Of a stretch of DNA of 64,000 nt, positions 56,101 to 64,000 are shown piece by piece; the first letter of the stretch is position 1, and every line of letters starts with the position of its first letter. The position numbers and the translations under genes were made by a program. The stretch spans positions 46,723-110,722 of the forward strand of contig JACRHV010000006.1 in NCBI GenBank assembly GCA_016211945.1, in the 5' to 3' direction. The DNA is from Minisyncoccota bacterium. GTDB taxonomy: Bacteria > Patescibacteriota > Microgenomatia > UBA1400 > UBA12028. The notes below the pieces were generated by a model, which was not told the origin of the DNA, did not search any database, and saw nothing but the letters and a program-made list of their open reading frames with translations.

Positions 56101-56654
56101 ACCACCAACACGATCAAGTTCAATGTGTTGATGAACACAATACTCCGACTAACGTTATGGATAAACTAGAAGCGCATCGAGGCGATGGAAAACGGCATCG
56201 TGCAGTTTCCGTATTTTTATTGAATAGTACGGGGGAGTTGCTCATTCAAAAGAGAAGTGCAAAAAAAATTGTCGGCGCCTTACAGTGGGCAAACACATGT
56301 TGCGGAAATGTATGGCCGGGAGAGACATATGAGCAATGCGCACAAAGACGTTTAAGAAAAGAACTCGGAATTACTCGGGCAAAAATAATGCCCGCTTATA
56401 CATTTGAATATCATCTGCGATGTAACGACAAATATAGTGAGTGGGAAATGGATAGAATATTTGTTGGTAGATACCGTGGAAAATTAACGCTGGATCCAGA
56501 AGAAGTTTTAGATGCTCTGTACATCTCCCAGGAAAAGTTAGAGATAAACATGCGGAATAATCCCGAAGATTTTAGCCCATGGTTTCACCTCATATTGAGA
56601 GATCCACGTTTACGTGAAGCAATAGGATGGAGAAGAGATGCAAAAATTCAGTGA
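56097..56654 (+). CDS. idi: isopentenyl-diphosphate delta-isomerase, type 1 (Nudix fold)
   Basis: 'HRAVSVFLLNSTGELLIQKRSAKK', 'WANTCCGNVWPGE' (Idi catalytic Cys region), 'EWEMD'. Confidence 0.7.
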   Translation: MNHQHDQVQCVDEHNTPTNVMDKLEAHRGDGKRHRAVSVFLLNSTGELLIQKRSAKKIVGALQWANTCCGNVWPGETYEQCAQRRLRKELGITRAKIMPAYTFEYHLRCNDKYSEWEMDRIFVGRYRGKLTLDPEEVLDALYISQEKLEINMRNNPEDFSPWFHLILRDPRLREAIGWRRDAKIQ

Positions 56655-57222
56655 GATGAGTTCACCAGAGCTTCTACGCTATGTAGAGAGAGCCACCAAA
56701 AAAAGAGGAGTAGTGGTAAAACTGTTGGTTGTTGGATGCTCAAACGATGTTCTTGTTATTCCTGTTCCTGTGGCAGATAAGGAGATATACGGAGCAGAAA
56801 AACACGATGTCGTAGTAAAAAATGGCGCAGTCTGTGTTCGTCAGGGTTTACGCCAAGCGAAATTTGGCACGGTTGGCGGTGGCGTTCATACTGATGAATC
56901 TATAAGTTTTGCGGCTACAAGGGAATGTATCGAGGAATTTGTTGAGTTGGGTCTTTCATTGGATGAAATAAAGGCATTTGCACATACGGTATTCTCTGTT
57001 TCACGCCCATTAGGTCTTACAGTGTTTCAGTGGATTACAAGTGAGACAGAAGAAGTGTTGCGAGGAGTTTTTGATCTGTACAGTGTAGATGTTCTGCTCA
57101 ATGGAGAACAATGTGGCATACTTGCAAGGCGTGGCGCGACTTTTCTTCAGGCAGTAGAAACAGAGTCTTTGCGATCATATATGCAGGTTTTACAAAAAGA
57201 ATGGAGGACGCATGCCAACTAG
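56638..57222 (+). CDS. hypothetical protein with degenerate Nudix-like box
   Basis: 'GGGVHTDESISFAATRECIEEFVELG' approximates Gx5Ex7REUxEExGU with Gly replaced. Confidence 0.35.
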   Translation: MQKFSEMSSPELLRYVERATKKRGVVVKLLVVGCSNDVLVIPVPVADKEIYGAEKHDVVVKNGAVCVRQGLRQAKFGTVGGGVHTDESISFAATRECIEEFVELGLSLDEIKAFAHTVFSVSRPLGLTVFQWITSETEEVLRGVFDLYSVDVLLNGEQCGILARRGATFLQAVETESLRSYMQVLQKEWRTHAN

Positions 57223-57481
57223 AGGAGAGGGTGTTTTTATTAATATTCATGGATTACATAATGAAGACCTCAATCGTTTATCAACTTTTCTCGCGCCAGA
57301 AGAAGTTGCGCGAGTTTTTCGTTTAATACATGGAGAGAGGTATGAATATTTTTCCTACGCTATGGAAGACACGCCGGCCGTTCTTCGTGCACTTCTTGAA
57401 GAAACTCTACAGAGGTACAACAAAGAACAGTATCCTGATTTGGTTTGGGAAATAAAAGAGTCAACGGGGGTTATCGCATGA
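57212..57481 (+). CDS. hypothetical small protein
   Basis: 89-aa ORF overlapping both neighbours by a few nt; no motif. Confidence 0.3.
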   Translation: MPTRGEGVFINIHGLHNEDLNRLSTFLAPEEVARVFRLIHGERYEYFSYAMEDTPAVLRALLEETLQRYNKEQYPDLVWEIKESTGVIA

Positions 57482-58290
57482 AATCATCTGTCGTCCTCAT
57501 AAAGCTGGGTGGGTCGATTATTACAAACAAGGATATTCCACTTTCTCTACGTTCAGATGTATTAAAGCGATTGGTACAAGAGATTGTCGACGCAAAACGT
57601 ACACTGAGCACAAAACGCCACGCCCCACTTTTTATTGTTGGGCATGGACAGGGGAGTTTTGCGCACGCGCCCGCAATGAAGTATCAAACAATGCAAGGAT
57701 TTGTGAATAATGAAAGTCGTATGGGAATGGCAATTGTCCAAGATACCGCAGCTCAGCTCAACAGACTTGTTATCCATGAATTTCTTGAGGCAGGAATTCC
57801 CGCAGTCTCTCTTTGTCCAAGCAACAGTTTAGTCACGGATAAAAGAAAAGCGACCTCGTACTTTTCTGATGTGTTTGAAGAATATCTTCGCAGAGGTCTT
57901 TTCCCAATTACCGGCGGTGATGTCATTGTGGATAAGACACAAGGATGCACGATCTGGTCAACAGAAGAAGTACTCGCTTTTTTTGCGCGTATTTTCGTGA
58001 AGCATGGATGGAGGGTTGAACAGATTATCCATGTTGTCGAGGTAGATGGAGTATATGATCTCAAGAAGCAAGTTGTCTCCGTGGTAACGAAAAAAGTGTG
58101 GGAAGAGCTCCAACACGCAGTCACCACAACAAAAGGGTTTGATGTTACTGGTGGTATGGCATTAAAAGTTCGAGAATCACTTGATTTAGCAAAACTTGGG
58201 ATTCATTCGCGCATTCTCTCTGGATTGAAAGAAAATAATTTGTATAACGCACTTACTGGACAGCGGTGGGAAGGAACAGAAATTCAATAA
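57478..58290 (+). CDS. isopentenyl phosphate kinase (amino-acid kinase family)
   Basis: 'MKSSVVLIKLGGSIITNKD' N-terminal Gly-rich loop of IPK/AAK family, 'FIVGHGQGSFAH'; start placed at internal Met giving ATGA overlap. Confidence 0.7.
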   Translation: MKSSVVLIKLGGSIITNKDIPLSLRSDVLKRLVQEIVDAKRTLSTKRHAPLFIVGHGQGSFAHAPAMKYQTMQGFVNNESRMGMAIVQDTAAQLNRLVIHEFLEAGIPAVSLCPSNSLVTDKRKATSYFSDVFEEYLRRGLFPITGGDVIVDKTQGCTIWSTEEVLAFFARIFVKHGWRVEQIIHVVEVDGVYDLKKQVVSVVTKKVWEELQHAVTTTKGFDVTGGMALKVRESLDLAKLGIHSRILSGLKENNLYNALTGQRWEGTEIQ

Positions 58291-58310
58291 GTTCTGGTAC
58301 AATACTCGAT

Positions 58311-59030
58311 ATGTCTGATGCGTCTTCTTCTTTAGTCACCCTCGCAAAAAATATCAAACATATTGCTATTCTTATGGATGGTAATCGCCGTTGGGCTAAG
58401 GCCAAAGGTTTGGGCGCGGTCAATGGACACGAATATGTAGTAAATCATGTTATTGAACCTCTTGTTGACCGTTGTATTGAGTTGGGTATTCCATACCTCA
58501 CAATGTGGGCGTTTAGTACGGAAAATTGGGATCGCGACAGAAACGAACTCGAAGCAATTATGCAGTTGTTCCGCATGGCCTTTGAAAAAAAAGTGGAGGA
58601 CCTTCATCGCAAAGGGGTGCGGTTGCGCATTTTGGGTGAAATCGAAAAGTTTCCAAAAGATATTGCGAAGCAGGCAAAACGGTGGGTGGAGATCTCCAAG
58701 AACAACACAAAGATTACCGTGAGTTTTGCCTTAAATTACGGGGGGCGCGACGAGATATTGCGGGCGGTGCGGAAGCTGGTGGCGAGTGGGGTAAATGCGG
58801 AGCAGGTAACAGAACAGGCAATTTCATTGAACCTTGATACCACAGATGTTCCTGATCCTGATCTTATCATTCGTCCCGGTGGCCAGTTCCGCCTTTCCGG
58901 TTTTATGGCGTGGCAGTCGGTTTACAGCGAGCTCTACTTTACGCCGGTCCTCATGCCGGACTTTACGATTACAGAGTTTGATAAAGCCCTTGAAGACTAC
59001 GGGAACAGGAAAAGAAGGTTTGGGAAGTAG
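58311..59030 (+). CDS. uppS: undecaprenyl diphosphate synthase (cis-prenyltransferase)
   Basis: 'HIAILMDGNRRWA', 'YLTMWAFSTENWDR', 'FALNYGGRDEI' UPPS motifs. Confidence 0.85.
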   Translation: MSDASSSLVTLAKNIKHIAILMDGNRRWAKAKGLGAVNGHEYVVNHVIEPLVDRCIELGIPYLTMWAFSTENWDRDRNELEAIMQLFRMAFEKKVEDLHRKGVRLRILGEIEKFPKDIAKQAKRWVEISKNNTKITVSFALNYGGRDEILRAVRKLVASGVNAEQVTEQAISLNLDTTDVPDPDLIIRPGGQFRLSGFMAWQSVYSELYFTPVLMPDFTITEFDKALEDYGNRKRRFGK

Positions 59031-59672
59031 CTAGAAAAGCGCTGTTCGAGTTTTTGGATCGGTTTTTCCACGGGGGTGAATAAGGTTTGGACTTTTTGCA
59101 ATCTGCGCCCCCTCAAGAGGAAATCGTGTGCAAAGAAGCATGACTGATTGTCCTGCTAATTTTGTTATAGGGGAGAGAGCAAAGAGAGGGATGGAATGTT
59201 CTTCATCAAAACCGGGTAATGTAATCTGCGCAACGTCTCTAGAGGTTGTTACAACATCACTTGGCGAAGGAAATGGGACTTGATTATTGAGGAAAACAGC
59301 AAACAAACCACTTTGTTTATGGACACGTGAGTATTCGGTGTCATCAAGATGTTGAATGTTCACCACAATACGCGCTTGGTGAGACATCGCTTTTATAAGA
59401 GTTGCGTTGGTTAACACACTAAATGTTACCTCAACACTCTTTCCTCGCTCTGGGAGAATTATTGCGCAGTGTATAGGTGTTGTTGGAACAAGCGGCTCTT
59501 TTGGTGATAATAAAGCTCTTTGAAGGCCTAGTAGAGTCTTGACGTCTGGAATCGCCGCGACTAATTTTTCGATTGGGAAAAAAACATGTGTAAATCGACC
59601 AAGATTCTCGCGAAGTACTTGTTCTGAAATTGTTACAGTATCTCCTGGTCGATCAAACCATGGTCTTGTCAT
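59031..59672 (-). CDS. hypothetical protein
   Basis: 213-aa ORF co-oriented with giant gene upstream; no motif. Confidence 0.45.
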   Translation of the reverse strand: MTRPWFDRPGDTVTISEQVLRENLGRFTHVFFPIEKLVAAIPDVKTLLGLQRALLSPKEPLVPTTPIHCAIILPERGKSVEVTFSVLTNATLIKAMSHQARIVVNIQHLDDTEYSRVHKQSGLFAVFLNNQVPFPSPSDVVTTSRDVAQITLPGFDEEHSIPLFALSPITKLAGQSVMLLCTRFPLEGAQIAKSPNLIHPRGKTDPKTRTALF

Positions 59673-59678
59673 GTGTTC

Positions 59679-62600
59679 CTATAGTACAGCTCCAACGATC
59701 TCGCGAACAAGAGCCTCTGCTTCGCGGGCAATGAAATCATGTTTAAGCAACATCTCTTTTCCACCGGTAATATCAGTTTGTGCTAACCTTAGTGTTTCAA
59801 TGTCAGCTGATAGTTGACGCAAACGCTCAATAAGGATATTCGCATATTGAATCGAAAGATTGTGTGCAGGATCGTCTGGAGACGTTTCTTTTTTCTCTTT
59901 GTCTTCTCGTATCGCCTTTGCAAGTTCACCAATCATGCGCTTTCTCATGTCCACACTAATCTGTTTTTGTGTTGTCGATAAATTTGCCGCGTCTTGAAGA
60001 AAAGTTGAGGTCAATGCAACTCCTTTATGTTCATTCAGAGCAGAAAGTTGAAGGGCGATATCAATAGGAATTTGTGCAGTAGGAGTGTGAGCTTGGCCCC
60101 TCAACGCCTCAACATCGAGAACAGTAAAAGAAACATTATGCAGAATGTTTTGAGCAATTTGTTGCGAAAATTCTGGAGAAATTTTAGAGTTGGGGGGATC
60201 AAGATAATGCAATGTTCCAGATTCTCCAAACCATTCGATTGCAAGATGTCCAACACTATCAAGGATTCCCGTACCGTCATTGTCGGTATGGACGCTCCGT
60301 ACTCTACATGGAATTCCAGCGTATCGGAGAAGCTCCAAGAGTGGGACAGCGCCAACCTGACAGTTTCCCTTGCCGGACTTTATAAGCGAAATGATACGAT
60401 CTGCGCCTTCAGGTTGAGGATCATAGAGGCGTCTTTTTTTCCAAAAGAGATAGATGATTGTGACTATTTGGTCCCGACTGAGCGCTGAGCCGCGACTATG
60501 AATGAGTTCAAGAACCCCTTTGGTCTCATCATCGAGCTCTTCATATTTGGTTATCGGAGTTTTCAACAACAGTTCATATGATTCTTTTCTATCTTCCAGT
60601 TGATGTTCAATAAATTCATTATTGTCCGCATTTGCCTCTTTTTTCTTGAGGTATATGCGTGTGCCTTTGGGAAGAATCGGTAACCTGTTTGCTTTTGCAG
60701 AATCCCCGCTACCCTGGAGATCTGGTGGAAATATGATGACGTAATGATTGTGAATAGCGTCAAACATGAGTGTGGGAACACTTGCAGAGTCAGAGCTTTT
60801 CCAAGGGAAGGAAATGTAAAGAATGGAGTACTCACCACTTACCGGTAAAATAATCTCACGATTTGTAGGAATGACATCTTTTTCTGTTTCTACAAGACCG
60901 TCGTCTTGCACATCCAAATATCCATTTTCATCTTTTGGATTATACGGAAGCCATCCTTGGAATCCAACAAAAGTTGCCGGAACAGGAACAATAGCTTCGC
61001 TTTCTAGAAGGATTCCATCAGTTGTCTCTTTTGCCGTATCGTAACAATTTGTTGGGTAGTAGGATGGTGCGTTTGTTCTCCAGTGGGCCTTCCACACCGT
61101 ATTCCCAAAACTCACACGCTCTCTCCCCTCTTCTTTGGCGATACTTGCATTGTCATAAGATGCTTGGTCAACAAGAAACGGCATGCTACTGTGTGCAAAA
61201 GCAGACTCGGTAAACAAAGCTTGAAGAAGTGGTCCTCTCCGTCCTACCCGACGGGACGTGATCCATTCGTTTGAACCGGTGAGATATGTACCTCCCGGCC
61301 CACTCATACGTTCTCGCCAGGGGAGTCTTGCCAAGATATCTGAAGATAATGATCTTTGGATTTGTTCTGCCTCTTTTTTTCTTCTCTCACTTTCTTTTAT
61401 GAATTCATCCAACTTCTCTTTCGCTCTATCTAAATCACGCAGTGCGACTTGACCCTTATCTGCCTGTTCACGCAAGTTTGTGAGAATAAGTTCTAAAGAA
61501 TCAGCCTCGGTCTTTCTTTTTGACCAATCTGGATTAATAGATTGTGTTTTCTCATCAAGTTTCCCAAGAATTCTCACAAGTTTTTCAACATTTCCTCGGA
61601 TAACAAGTTTACATTCTACGTGTGGTTTATCACGGTCTTCTTTCCTGTATTCTCGAGGAAAGAATCCGTAAGAATAACTTGCAGTTCCATATGAAAGAAA
61701 CGGTTGGTTATCATGGACACCAAACTCGGTACACCACTCATTTGCCCACAGCTGCGTTGAAAAACCTAGAGACTTCATCGACTGCATAAAAGAGAGAAAC
61801 TTGATCGTGCTGTTATCTTCTACTTTTTTACCATGATCAAAAGACCGTTGAAGGGATTGATGTGGGCCTTCGATAGGAACACTTTTCATGGTTATCTCTA
61901 AACGGCCATCGTTTGTGATGTAGTATGAAAGCCCTGTTTTTTCGAATGAAAGAGTGGTTAGCATGCAGTCAAGTACCATATCTTCTGGAGGCCTTTTTTC
62001 ATCCTCTCTCAGGGCGTGTTGTGGGATTTTAATCAGTCGAAGAAAGCCTTCATTTGATTTGATTGTTTGCCCGTTTTTTTTGAGTTCACTCTCAACCAAC
62101 GATTCAATGGGCAACACTTTTAGTGTGCTGCGGAGATACTCAACGAGAGGTCCTTTTGGAAAAAGAGGACACATGCAATCTTTTCCTGAGAGAAATTGAT
62201 AGGAATGAATTGCGTCAGCATTGTACGCAAAATGTCGTTCTGCTCGTGGAAAAACTTCGTTAAATGCATAAATTATTGTGTCTATCACTTGAGGCGAGAG
62301 AGCTTTATACTTTTCAAACAAGGGAGAAAATTCTGGATATCTTTGCTCATCATCCGTAGAGGTGATCCCATCAGAAGGGGCGTACTCTATATACGCCCGA
62401 AATATTTTTGCCCAAACTTTTGAATCACGACAAGAAGCAATACTTGCCCGAATCATGTCTGGAATAGGTCCTGATACTGCCGTACTATTAGATACTCGAT
62501 TTACCGTTCCAAACGTTTCTGGTCCCACGCTTGCAATATTGTATGAAAAACAAAAAAGCTTCATATCGCGTAAAGCCTGCGGAATCATGTGTGTTCCGCG

Positions 62601-63665
62601 GAAATATATTTTAGGGGATGATTCTTGCAGGATCTCTATAGACCATGAGCCTATCAAAGGTTTTGCCTCTGTTTTCTCGGATGAGATTGTTGTCATGAGC
62701 ATGGATTCAGAGCCTTCTTCTGGCTTTACAAGACTTGTTTCACTTGGATATTGCGGATGCACATCCAAAATGTTTTCTTGCGCATGTGAAAAAGCCTCTT
62801 GTATTTCTTTTGTTGGATGGTGGAGTGAGGTAATAACTGTATTCTTGTCTTCAGATGCAATTTTTGCGGGATCAAGTTGAACAACAAGGAACTTTAATGT
62901 CCAAAGCGGTCTTCTATCAAACTTCAATGATTCACGGTAACAGTACACGCGAAAATAATGCCCATCTTCATCACAGGCCTGAATTGTGGCAAAAAAAGGT
63001 GAATCTTCTTGTTGAAAATCTTCTTCTCGTTCGAGTTGTGTCTGATACTGGGACAACTCTCTTTTTTCTTCTTTTGTAAGTCCCGACTTAGGATCATTGA
63101 GAATGAGATCAATAACTTCTCGGCGATCTTGCGCGTTCGCTAGGAGTGCACACATCACAATTTTTGTTCCTTGACCATATCCGCCATCACGGACCTCATT
63201 GACACTCGCAAGTTCTTCAAACATTCCTGTGGCATTTCCAAACATTGTTACGGTGGCAAGATCGCGGAATCCAAAATTTCGAAATTGAATTTCATCCGCA
63301 TCAAAAAAATCCTCACGATGTTGAAAACGCGACCCTTCTCCATGTTTGATGATTTCTATAGATGGAGGTTTCCATCCCTTCCGATCCTTACCAATAAATC
63401 CAAAATCTCTCAACCCCTGCCAACATTCATAAAACGATCTCGCCATATGTTTAACATGATCAGCCCAGATCATTGTTCGCACAGCCTCATGCGCACCAGT
63501 CAGTGCGCTTTCTACCACACGCACTGAATTTGGAATTACCTCTGGAGATCGTGAGATGTGTTCCAATACAACGGGAGGTACGGACTCCCACCCAGAAGGC
63601 ATGTGTTTTCGTTCCGGAGGGGTAGCTGTTTTTGTCTCGGTATTGAGAAATGAAAAAAATCCCAT
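59679..63665 (-). CDS. giant (1328-aa) protein with C-proximal transglutaminase-like Cys-His-Asp core
   Basis: 'SGKGNCQVGAVPLLELLRYAGIPCRVRSVH...GHLAIEWF...HYLDPP' matches transglutaminase-like cysteine peptidase core (G-C...RxxGIPxRxV, HxWxE, D) at about 60.0-60.3 kb. Confidence 0.6.
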   Translation of the reverse strand: MGFFSFLNTETKTATPPERKHMPSGWESVPPVVLEHISRSPEVIPNSVRVVESALTGAHEAVRTMIWADHVKHMARSFYECWQGLRDFGFIGKDRKGWKPPSIEIIKHGEGSRFQHREDFFDADEIQFRNFGFRDLATVTMFGNATGMFEELASVNEVRDGGYGQGTKIVMCALLANAQDRREVIDLILNDPKSGLTKEEKRELSQYQTQLEREEDFQQEDSPFFATIQACDEDGHYFRVYCYRESLKFDRRPLWTLKFLVVQLDPAKIASEDKNTVITSLHHPTKEIQEAFSHAQENILDVHPQYPSETSLVKPEEGSESMLMTTISSEKTEAKPLIGSWSIEILQESSPKIYFRGTHMIPQALRDMKLFCFSYNIASVGPETFGTVNRVSNSTAVSGPIPDMIRASIASCRDSKVWAKIFRAYIEYAPSDGITSTDDEQRYPEFSPLFEKYKALSPQVIDTIIYAFNEVFPRAERHFAYNADAIHSYQFLSGKDCMCPLFPKGPLVEYLRSTLKVLPIESLVESELKKNGQTIKSNEGFLRLIKIPQHALREDEKRPPEDMVLDCMLTTLSFEKTGLSYYITNDGRLEITMKSVPIEGPHQSLQRSFDHGKKVEDNSTIKFLSFMQSMKSLGFSTQLWANEWCTEFGVHDNQPFLSYGTASYSYGFFPREYRKEDRDKPHVECKLVIRGNVEKLVRILGKLDEKTQSINPDWSKRKTEADSLELILTNLREQADKGQVALRDLDRAKEKLDEFIKESERRKKEAEQIQRSLSSDILARLPWRERMSGPGGTYLTGSNEWITSRRVGRRGPLLQALFTESAFAHSSMPFLVDQASYDNASIAKEEGRERVSFGNTVWKAHWRTNAPSYYPTNCYDTAKETTDGILLESEAIVPVPATFVGFQGWLPYNPKDENGYLDVQDDGLVETEKDVIPTNREIILPVSGEYSILYISFPWKSSDSASVPTLMFDAIHNHYVIIFPPDLQGSGDSAKANRLPILPKGTRIYLKKKEANADNNEFIEHQLEDRKESYELLLKTPITKYEELDDETKGVLELIHSRGSALSRDQIVTIIYLFWKKRRLYDPQPEGADRIISLIKSGKGNCQVGAVPLLELLRYAGIPCRVRSVHTDNDGTGILDSVGHLAIEWFGESGTLHYLDPPNSKISPEFSQQIAQNILHNVSFTVLDVEALRGQAHTPTAQIPIDIALQLSALNEHKGVALTSTFLQDAANLSTTQKQISVDMRKRMIGELAKAIREDKEKKETSPDDPAHNLSIQYANILIERLRQLSADIETLRLAQTDITGGKEMLLKHDFIAREAEALVREIVGAVL

Positions 63666-63692
63666 GCATTTACAATACCAGTTTTTTCTCTA

Positions 63693-64000
63693 TCAGAGTA
63701 TCTGGATTCCGAAGATGATCTGCACAATTTGAATGACCCAGTACGAAACAAATAAAAGAATAAATCCAATAGCTGCCGAAGTAATTTTTTGTTTTCCAGA
63801 CTCTTGCGATTTTGGTTCTGTAGCCCCAAACAACATCTCAAAACCACCAACGATAATCATCACAAAAAGAATAATTCCACTTGCGGTGTAAAGGTAGGGA
63901 AGGAGAGCGGTGAGGATTGCACCAAAAGTGATTACATTACTACTTGTCAAACCTCCTCCCAAGTTGATACCAATTGCATCATCAATATTCTTCCGAATTT
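63693..64000 (-). CDS. VirB2/TrbC-like two-TM pilin candidate, paralog 8 (5' end beyond window)
   Basis: 'IILFVMIIVGGFEMLFGATEPKSQESGKQKITSAAIGFILLFVSYWVIQIVQII'; C-terminus nearly identical in pattern to paralog 7 ('SAYWIIQVVQIV'); reading frame stays open to the window edge. Confidence 0.45.
   Translation of the reverse strand, partial: IRKNIDDAIGINLGGGLTSSNVITFGAILTALLPYLYTASGIILFVMIIVGGFEMLFGATEPKSQESGKQKITSAAIGFILLFVSYWVIQIVQIIFGIQIL

Noticed and set aside
1-64000. Search for CRISPR arrays, IS elements/transposases, phage integrase-attachment repeats and toxin-antitoxin pairs
   Set aside because: Scanning by eye found no regularly spaced direct repeats, no transposase or DDE motifs, and no phage structural genes. 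The only recombinase is the Xer-like gene at 773..1639.

Overview
This 64-kb window appears to be bacterial chromosome from a Patescibacteria/CPR-like organism with a Gram-positive-type envelope. The lineage call is inferred from gene content (sortase plus a C-terminal sorting signal, a DUF4012-like protein, a reduced core gene set, a bacterial isopentenyl phosphate kinase) and is not proven by the sequence. Translation is consistent with the standard bacterial code (TGA behaves as a stop). Several starts below, including the trailing 63693..64000 gene, use TTG or GTG, because the ORF track displays alternative start codons as M.

The window contains the chromosomal origin region. It is organised as rpmH-rnpA-yidD-yidC-jag on the minus strand, then DnaA boxes, then dnaA, a DnaA-box-like AT-rich spacer, and dnaN. 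Other housekeeping genes are groES-groEL with a CIRCE operator, ddl, a MurF-like ligase, valS, rplY, rnhA, and a short tmRNA candidate followed by tRNA-Met(CAT). There is also an ECF sigma operon running into idi, an isopentenyl phosphate kinase (IPK) and uppS.

The most notable part is an accessory locus of roughly 25 kb (about 29.9-54.7 kb) that starts directly at the 3' end of dnaN. It encodes a type IV secretion (T4SS)-like apparatus with no relaxase, no VirD4-type coupling ATPase and no VirB11 visible in the window. Its components are:
- a VirB3-like membrane protein;
- a VirB4-like ATPase that appears split across two ORFs;
- a VirB6/TrbL-like polytopic membrane protein;
- a 1056-aa protein with a C-terminal M23 peptidase domain;
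- PilN-like and PilO-like proteins with no PilM;
- several large signal-peptide-bearing or unassignable proteins (323 to 1269 aa);
- a tandem array of seven divergent small proteins with two transmembrane helices that share a conserved loop motif (S/A)GGD(K/P)(G/K)xExA(K/R)xxIT. An eighth copy lies at the far end of the window next to a 1328-aa protein with a transglutaminase-like core.

I interpret these small proteins as VirB2/TrbC-like pilin candidates. This locus is the best candidate for a poorly described cell-surface or host-interaction system.
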